This document shows, one piece after another, positions 15,610-64,000 of a DNA stretch of 64,000 nucleotides (position 1 is its first letter; each line of letters opens with the position of its first letter). Made by a program: the position numbers and the translations under genes. The DNA comes from Eledone cirrhosa. Taxonomy: Eukaryota. Below the pieces are notes generated by a model. The model did not search any database and was not told where the DNA came from. It saw only the letters and a list, made by a program, of their open reading frames with translations. The stretch is taken from positions 19,654,001 to 19,718,000 of the forward strand of contig OZ024766.1 of assembly GCA_964016885.1 (NCBI GenBank), read 5' to 3'.

Positions 15610-18243
15610 CTTCATCCGTTTTCCCCTGCTTGCAAGGGTGGGACGGGTCCTATTCAGCACAGCATCTCTCCACTTGTCACAGTCCTTCGTCATCTCCACC
15701 GTGAGCTTCAATGGTCTGATGGTCTGCTCTCACCACCTCCGCCCATGTTTTTTGTGGTCTTCCTTCAACTGGCATTTCTTGGCTCTTCTATACCCAGGGT
15801 CATCGTCCATGTACATCACATGTCCATACCATCTCAGTCTTCTCTCCCACACACCACAACTTATCCCTCTTATACCCAGTTTCTCTCTCAACACATCACA
15901 TGTCCATACCATCTCAGTCTTCTCTCCTACACACCACAACTTATCCCTCTTATACCCAGTTTCTCTCTCAACACATCACATGTCCATACCATCTCAGTCT
16001 TCTCTCCCACACACCACAACTTATCCCTCTTATACCCAGTTTCTCTCTCAACACATCACATGTCCATACCATCTCAGTCTTCTCTCCCACACACCACAAC
16101 TTATCCCTCTTATACCCAGTTTCTCTCTCAACACATCACATGTCCATACCATCTCAGTCTTCTCTCCCACACACCACAACTTATCCCTCTTATACCCAGT
16201 TTCTCTCTCAACACGTCACATGTCCATACCATCTCAGTCTTCTCTCCCACACACCACAACTTATCCCTCTTATACACAGTTTCTCTCTCAACACATCACA
16301 TGTCCATACCATCTCAGTCTTCTCTCCCACACACCACAACTTATCCCTCTTATACACAGTTTCTATCTCAACACATCACATGTCCATACCATCTCAGTCT
16401 TCTCTCCCACACACCACAACTTATCCCTCTTATACACAGTTTCTCTCTCAACACATCACATGTCCATACCATCTCAGTCTTCTCTCCCACACACTACAAC
16501 TAATCCCTCTTATAGACAGTTTCTCTCTCAACACATCACATGTCCATACCATCTGTCTCCTCTCAAACACACTACAACTTGTCCCTCTTATACACAGTTT
16601 CTCTCTCAACACATCACATGTCCATACCATCTCAGTCTTCTCTCCCACACACCACAACTTATCCCTCTTATACCCAGTTTCTCTCTCAACACATCACATG
16701 TCCATACCATCTCAGTCTTCTCTCCCACACACCACAACTTATCCCTCTTATACCCAGTTTCTCTCTCAACACATCACATGTCCATACCATCTCAGTCTTC
16801 TCTCCCACACACCACAACTTATCCCTCTTATACCCAGTTTCTCTCTCAACACATCACATGTCCATACCATCTCAGTCTTCTCTCCCACACACCACAACTT
16901 ATCCCTCTTATACCCAGTTTCTCTCTCAACACGTCACATGTCCATACCATCTCAGTCTTCTCTCCCACACACCACAACTTATCCCTCTTATACACAGTTT
17001 CTCTCTCAACACATCACATGTCCATACCATCTCAGTCTTCTCTCCCACACACCACAACTTATCCCTCTTATACACAGTTTCTATCTCAACACATCACATG
17101 TCCATACCATCTCAGTCTTCTCTCCCACACACCACAACTTATCCCTCTTATACACAGTTTCTCTCTCAACACATCACATGTCCATACCATCTCAGTCTTC
17201 TCTCCCACACACTACAACTAATCCCTCTTATAGACAGTTTCTCTCTCAACACATCACATGTCCATACCATCTGTCTCCTCTCAAACACACTACAACTTGT
17301 CCCTCTTATACACAGTTTCTCTCTCAACACATCACATGTCCATACCATCTGTCTTCTCTCCCACACACCACAACTTATCCCTCTTATACCCAGTTTCTCT
17401 CTCAACACATCACATGTCCATACCATCTCAGTCTTCTCTCCCACACACCACAACTTATCCCTCTTATACCCAGTTTCTCTCTCAACACATCACATGTCCA
17501 TACCATCTCAGTCTTCTCTCCCACACACCACAACTTATCCCTCTTATACCCAGTTTCTCTCTCAACACATCATATGTCCATACCATCTCAGTCTTCTCTC
17601 CCACACACCACAACTTATCCCTCTTATACCCAGTTTCTCTCTCAACTCATCACATGTCCATACCACCTCAGTCTTCTCTCCCACACACCACAACTTATCC
17701 CTCTTATACCCAGTTTCTCTCTCAACACATCACATGTCCATACCATCTCGGTCTTCTCTCCCACACACCACAACTTATCCCTCTTATACCCAGTTTCTCT
17801 CTCAACTCATCACATGTCCATACCATCTCAGTCTTCTCTCCCACACACCACAACTTACCCCTCTTATACACAGTTTCTCTCTCAACACATCACATGTCCA
17901 TACCACCTCAGTCTTCTCTCCCACACACCACAACTTATCCCTCTTATACCCAGTTTCTCTCTTAACACATCACATGTCCATACCACCTCAGGCTTCTCCC
18001 ACACACCACAACTTATCCCTCTTATACACAGTTTCTCTCTCACCACATCACATGTCCATACCATCTCAGTCTTCTCTCCCACACACCACAACTTATCCCT
18101 CTTATACCCAGTTTCTCTCTCAACACATCACATGTCCATACCACCTCAGTCTTCTCTCCCCCACACTACAACTTATCCCTCTTATACCCAGTTTCTCTCT
18201 CAACTCACTTATGCTTGGTTGTTCACACACTGACATTGCACAT
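15610..18243 (-). repeat. RTE-type LINE 3' fragment whose 80-bp segment is amplified ~30 times
   Basis: Unit encodes LREKLGIRGISCGVWERRLRWYGHV, typical of the RTE ORF C-terminus; period 80. Confidence 0.88.
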
Positions 18244-19681
18244 TTAACCCTTTAGCATTCACATTCTATAGTCACAGTAAAGGCTTTACCTCACATAGCA
18301 TTTACATTACTCTATATATACTATTGTATTGTCACAGTAAAGGCTTTACCTCACATAACATTTACATTACTCTATATATACTATTGTATTGTCACAGTAA
18401 AGGCATACCTCACATAACATTTACATTACTCTATATATACTATTGTATTGTCACAGTAAAGGCTTTACCTCACATAACATTTACATTACTCTATATATAC
18501 TATTGTATTGTCACAGTAAAGGCTTTACCTCACATAATACCTCACATAGCATTTACATTACTCTATATATACTATTGTATTGTCACAGTAAAGGCTTTAC
18601 CTCACATAATACCTCACATAACATTTACATTACTCTATATATACTATTGTATTGTCACAGTAAAGGCTTTACCTCACATAACATCTACATTACTCTATAT
18701 ATACTATTGTATTGTCACAGTAAAGGCTTTACCTCACATAACATTTACATTACTCTATATATACTATTGTATTGTCACAGTAAAGGCTTTACCTCACATA
18801 ATATCTCACATAACATTTACATTACTCTATATATACTATTGTATTGTCACAGTAAAGGCTTTACCTCAATAATACCTCACATAACATTTACATTACTCTA
18901 TATATACTATTGTATTGTCACAGTAAAGGCTTTACCTCACATAACATTTACATTACTCTATATATACTATTGTATTGTCACAGTAAAGGCTTTACCTCAA
19001 TAATACCTCACATAACATTTACATTACTCTATATATACTATTGTATTGTCACAGTAAAGGCTTTACCTCACATAATACCTCACATAACATTTACACTACT
19101 CTATATATACTATTGTATTGTCACAGTAAAGGCTTTACCTCAATAATACCTCACATAACATTTACATTACTCTATATATACTATTGTATTGTCACAGTAA
19201 AGGCTTTACCTCACATAACATTTACATTACTCTATATATACTATTGTATTGTCACAGTAAAGGCTTTACCTCACATAATACCTCACATAACATTTACATT
19301 ACTCTATATATACTATTGTATTGTCACAGTAAAGGCTTTACCTCACATAATACCTCACATAACATTTACATTACTCTATATATACTATTGTATTGTCACA
19401 GTAAAGGCTTTACCTCACATAATACCTCACATAACATTTACATTACTCTATATATACTATTGTATTGTCACAGTAAAGGCTTTACCCCACATAATACCTC
19501 ACATAACATTTACATTACTCTATATATACTATTGTATTGTCACAGTAAAGGCTTTACCTCACATAATATCTCACAGACCAATACCTCAACATCAGTTTGA
19601 GCGACCAGTTACAGCCAGTTTCAACAGAAAAAGGTAAAGAACTCTGGCCGGTTTTGGCCAGTTTCAACACTAAAGGATTAG
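18244..19681. mobile_element. piggyBac-like MITE with internal 60/72-bp satellite expansion
   Basis: Left end TTAA|CCCTTTAGCATT and imperfect right end AACACTAAAGGA|TTAG; unit cacataacatttacattactctatatatactattgtattgtcacagtaaaggctttacct. Confidence 0.7.
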
Positions 19682-19734
19682 AGTATATAAACTCACACAC
19701 AGAGAGACACCAGAGACACCACATAACCTACCCC

Positions 19735-19793
19735 GCGCCCCCAACCACAAAAAAAACCAAACCAAACCCTTTTCATGTAATACATACTTTATT
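19735..19793 (-). terminator. Candidate UBA1 polyadenylation signal, implying a ~2.7-kb 3' UTR
   Basis: AATAAA on the minus strand at 19788-19793, followed by a GT-rich element (gggtttggtttggttttttttgtgg). Confidence 0.45.
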
Positions 19794-20989
19794 TCCATAG
19801 TTGTTATTATTATTATTATTATTATTATTTATGATAAACTTGCAATTTGGTTTATTGTCTGATTTCCTCCTTGTTTTTAGTAAAACATAAATTAGGATCC
19901 TATTGCATGAATGACTCACTGTACAGGACACAAGGACAGCAGGAATTATCGCAGAGGGCGAGTGTGAGTGAATGAGAGAGAGAGAGAGAGAGAGAGAACG
20001 AAGAAGAAGTAAAAAAAAAAAAAAAAAAAAAATGATCAAAGAAATCTAAAATAATGTTAATTAGCCAAATATTAAACTTTAATTATGTAATAATTAAACA
20101 AAAAAATTAATTAATTAATTAATTAATTATTAATCTATCTAATAATAGCAGTTTCTACACTTAGGCAGAAGGACATCAATTTGAAAGGGGAGAGGGTGGG
20201 GTCGGCTACGTTCGACACCCCCAGTGTATGACTGGTGCTTTATTTTATCGACCTCCCTCCATCCACCCCCCAAATAAGGGTTGTTGGTATAAAGTTAACC
20301 CTCGGCGGGATTCGAACCCAGAATGGAAAGGGCCACAACTCGGTGCCGCAAAGCACGGCGTCCGACGCTCCAACGATGGTTTTTTTTTTTTTTTTTAAAA
20401 TGATTTTAGGCACAAGGCCAGCAATTACACCCGCCCCCACCCTCCCCTCCTCCTCCCCAGCGTATTACCGGTACTTTGTTCCATCGAGCCCCCACCACCC
20501 GTAGAGACCAAAGGCAAAGTTAACCTCGGCGCAAGGAGGGGAGTGGGTGGTGGTGGTGGTGTTGAACTCAGAACGTAAAGGGCCACAACTTTACGCAGCA
20601 ACAATTTTGGAGGAGGGGAAGGAGAGAGAGGGGGGGGGGGTCTTAAATCGATCCCTCAGTGCATTACTGGTACTTTAAAAAATCTCATCGACCCCCCTTC
20701 AAGGATGACAGACGAAGCTAACCACGGCGGGAAATTTTTTTTTTTTTGAAACCCAGAACATAAAGGGCCGCAACACTGTGCCGCAAAGCGGGGCGCCCGG
20801 CACCCCACTGATTCTGCGAACCTGCCACCCACCCCATATTTTGGTTTCTTCTTTAGGCACAAGGCCAGCAATTTGGAGAGAGAGAGAGAGAGAGAGAGAG
20901 AGGACGGGGGAGGGGGGTGTCTCTTGAATCAACCCAAGCGTATCACTGGTACTAAAAATAGAAGTAGTTAAAGTCGAAGAGTGGTGAAA

Positions 20990-21034
20990 GCAGATGAAGT
21001 GGTTTCTAAACAGGCATAGCGAATGTATGTTTAC

Positions 21035-21079
<45 letters not shown>

Positions 21080-21127
21080 TATATCTATATCTATATATAT
21101 ATGTATATATATATATATATATATATT

Positions 21128-21169
<42 letters not shown>

Positions 21170-21679
21170 CATATATATATATATATATATATTTATATAC
21201 ATATATATATATATACATACATGTGTATATTTATATACATATACATATATATACATGTATGTGTATTTTTATATATTTCGTTTTTTATTGGCAACATGAC
21301 CCTCCCAAAGTATAACAATATATTTATATACATACATACATATATATATACATACATGTATATTTATATACATATATATATATATACATATATACATATA
21401 TACATATATATATACATATATACATATATACATATATACATATATATATACATATATATATATACATATATATACATATACATATATATATACATATACA
21501 TATACATATACATATATATATACATATATATATACATATATATATACATATATACATATATATATACATATATATATATACACATACATATATATACACA
21601 CATATATATATACATACATATATATACACATACATATATATACACATACATATATATACACATACATATATATACACAC

Positions 21680-21714
<35 letters not shown>

Positions 21715-21793
21715 CATATATATATACATACATATATATACACATACATATATATACACATACATATATATACACATACATATATATACACAC

Positions 21794-21828
<35 letters not shown>

Positions 21829-21837
21829 CATATATAC

Positions 21838-21872
<35 letters not shown>

Positions 21873-21874
21873 CA

Positions 21875-21910
<36 letters not shown>

Positions 21911-22005
21911 TACATACATATATATATATATACATACATATATATATATATACATACATACATATATATATATATACATACATATATATATATATACATA
22001 CATAC

Positions 22006-22038
<33 letters not shown>

Positions 22039-22050
22039 CATACATATATA

Positions 22051-22086
<36 letters not shown>

Positions 22087-22371
22087 CATACATACATATA
22101 TATACATACATACATACATATATATATACATATACACATACATACATATATACATACATACATACATATATACATACATACATATATATACATACATACA
22201 TATATACATACATACATACATATATATATATACATATACATACATACATATATATATATACATATACATACATACATATATATACATGTATATGTATATT
22301 TATATACACACATACATATATACATATATACACATATATACACACAGGCATAGTTATATGTCTATATCTAT

Positions 22372-22417
<46 letters not shown>

Positions 22418-22420
22418 TAT
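20990..22420. repeat. Compound (TA)/(TACA)/(GA) microsatellite in the putative UBA1 3' UTR; similar tracts at 140-425, 3860-4260, 7700-8050, 10010-10990 and 50205-50555
   Basis: Direct reading. Confidence 0.95.
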
Positions 22421-22476
22421 AGAAGTGGTGAAGGTGGAGGGGTGCTGTAATGTGATGTAGAAGCGTGCAAATGAAT

Positions 22477-63933
<41,457 letters not shown>

Positions 63934-64000
63934 CTGAAGTAAACAACAATAACAGTAAGAACAAGCTCGAGCTTTTCACTCCAACGTAGTGGATATGTAA

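Noticed and set aside
15556-18255. Long ORFs of 549-777 aa on the + strand
   Set aside because: Antisense readthrough of an 80-bp LINE-derived tandem repeat, cycling through frames.

Overview
Eukaryotic, AT-rich, repeat-dense genomic DNA, most likely octopus/cephalopod (inferred from the single-exon poly-C2H2 gene, SINE types and microsatellite load). Two minus-strand genes are present. (1) A C2H2 zinc-finger gene (CDS 1581-3011, 15 intact fingers) followed by relic fingers and a finger-derived tandem repeat. (2) The 3' two-thirds of UBA1 (ubiquitin-activating enzyme E1): 17 GT-AG exons from 63933 to 22477, about 705 aa, with an unbroken frame and the catalytic Cys at 44935-44937; the 5' end lies beyond the window. 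Nearly every intron is filled with tandem arrays amplified from local sequence: SINE internal units, LINE fragments, a piggyBac-like MITE, and UBA1's own splice acceptors and exon starts. Main points of interest: arrays of decoy 3' splice sites upstream of two UBA1 exons, and several long palindromes beside (TA)n tracts carrying minimal hammerhead-ribozyme cores with different stem II sequences (Penelope-like). Most long ORFs in the track are repeat artefacts.
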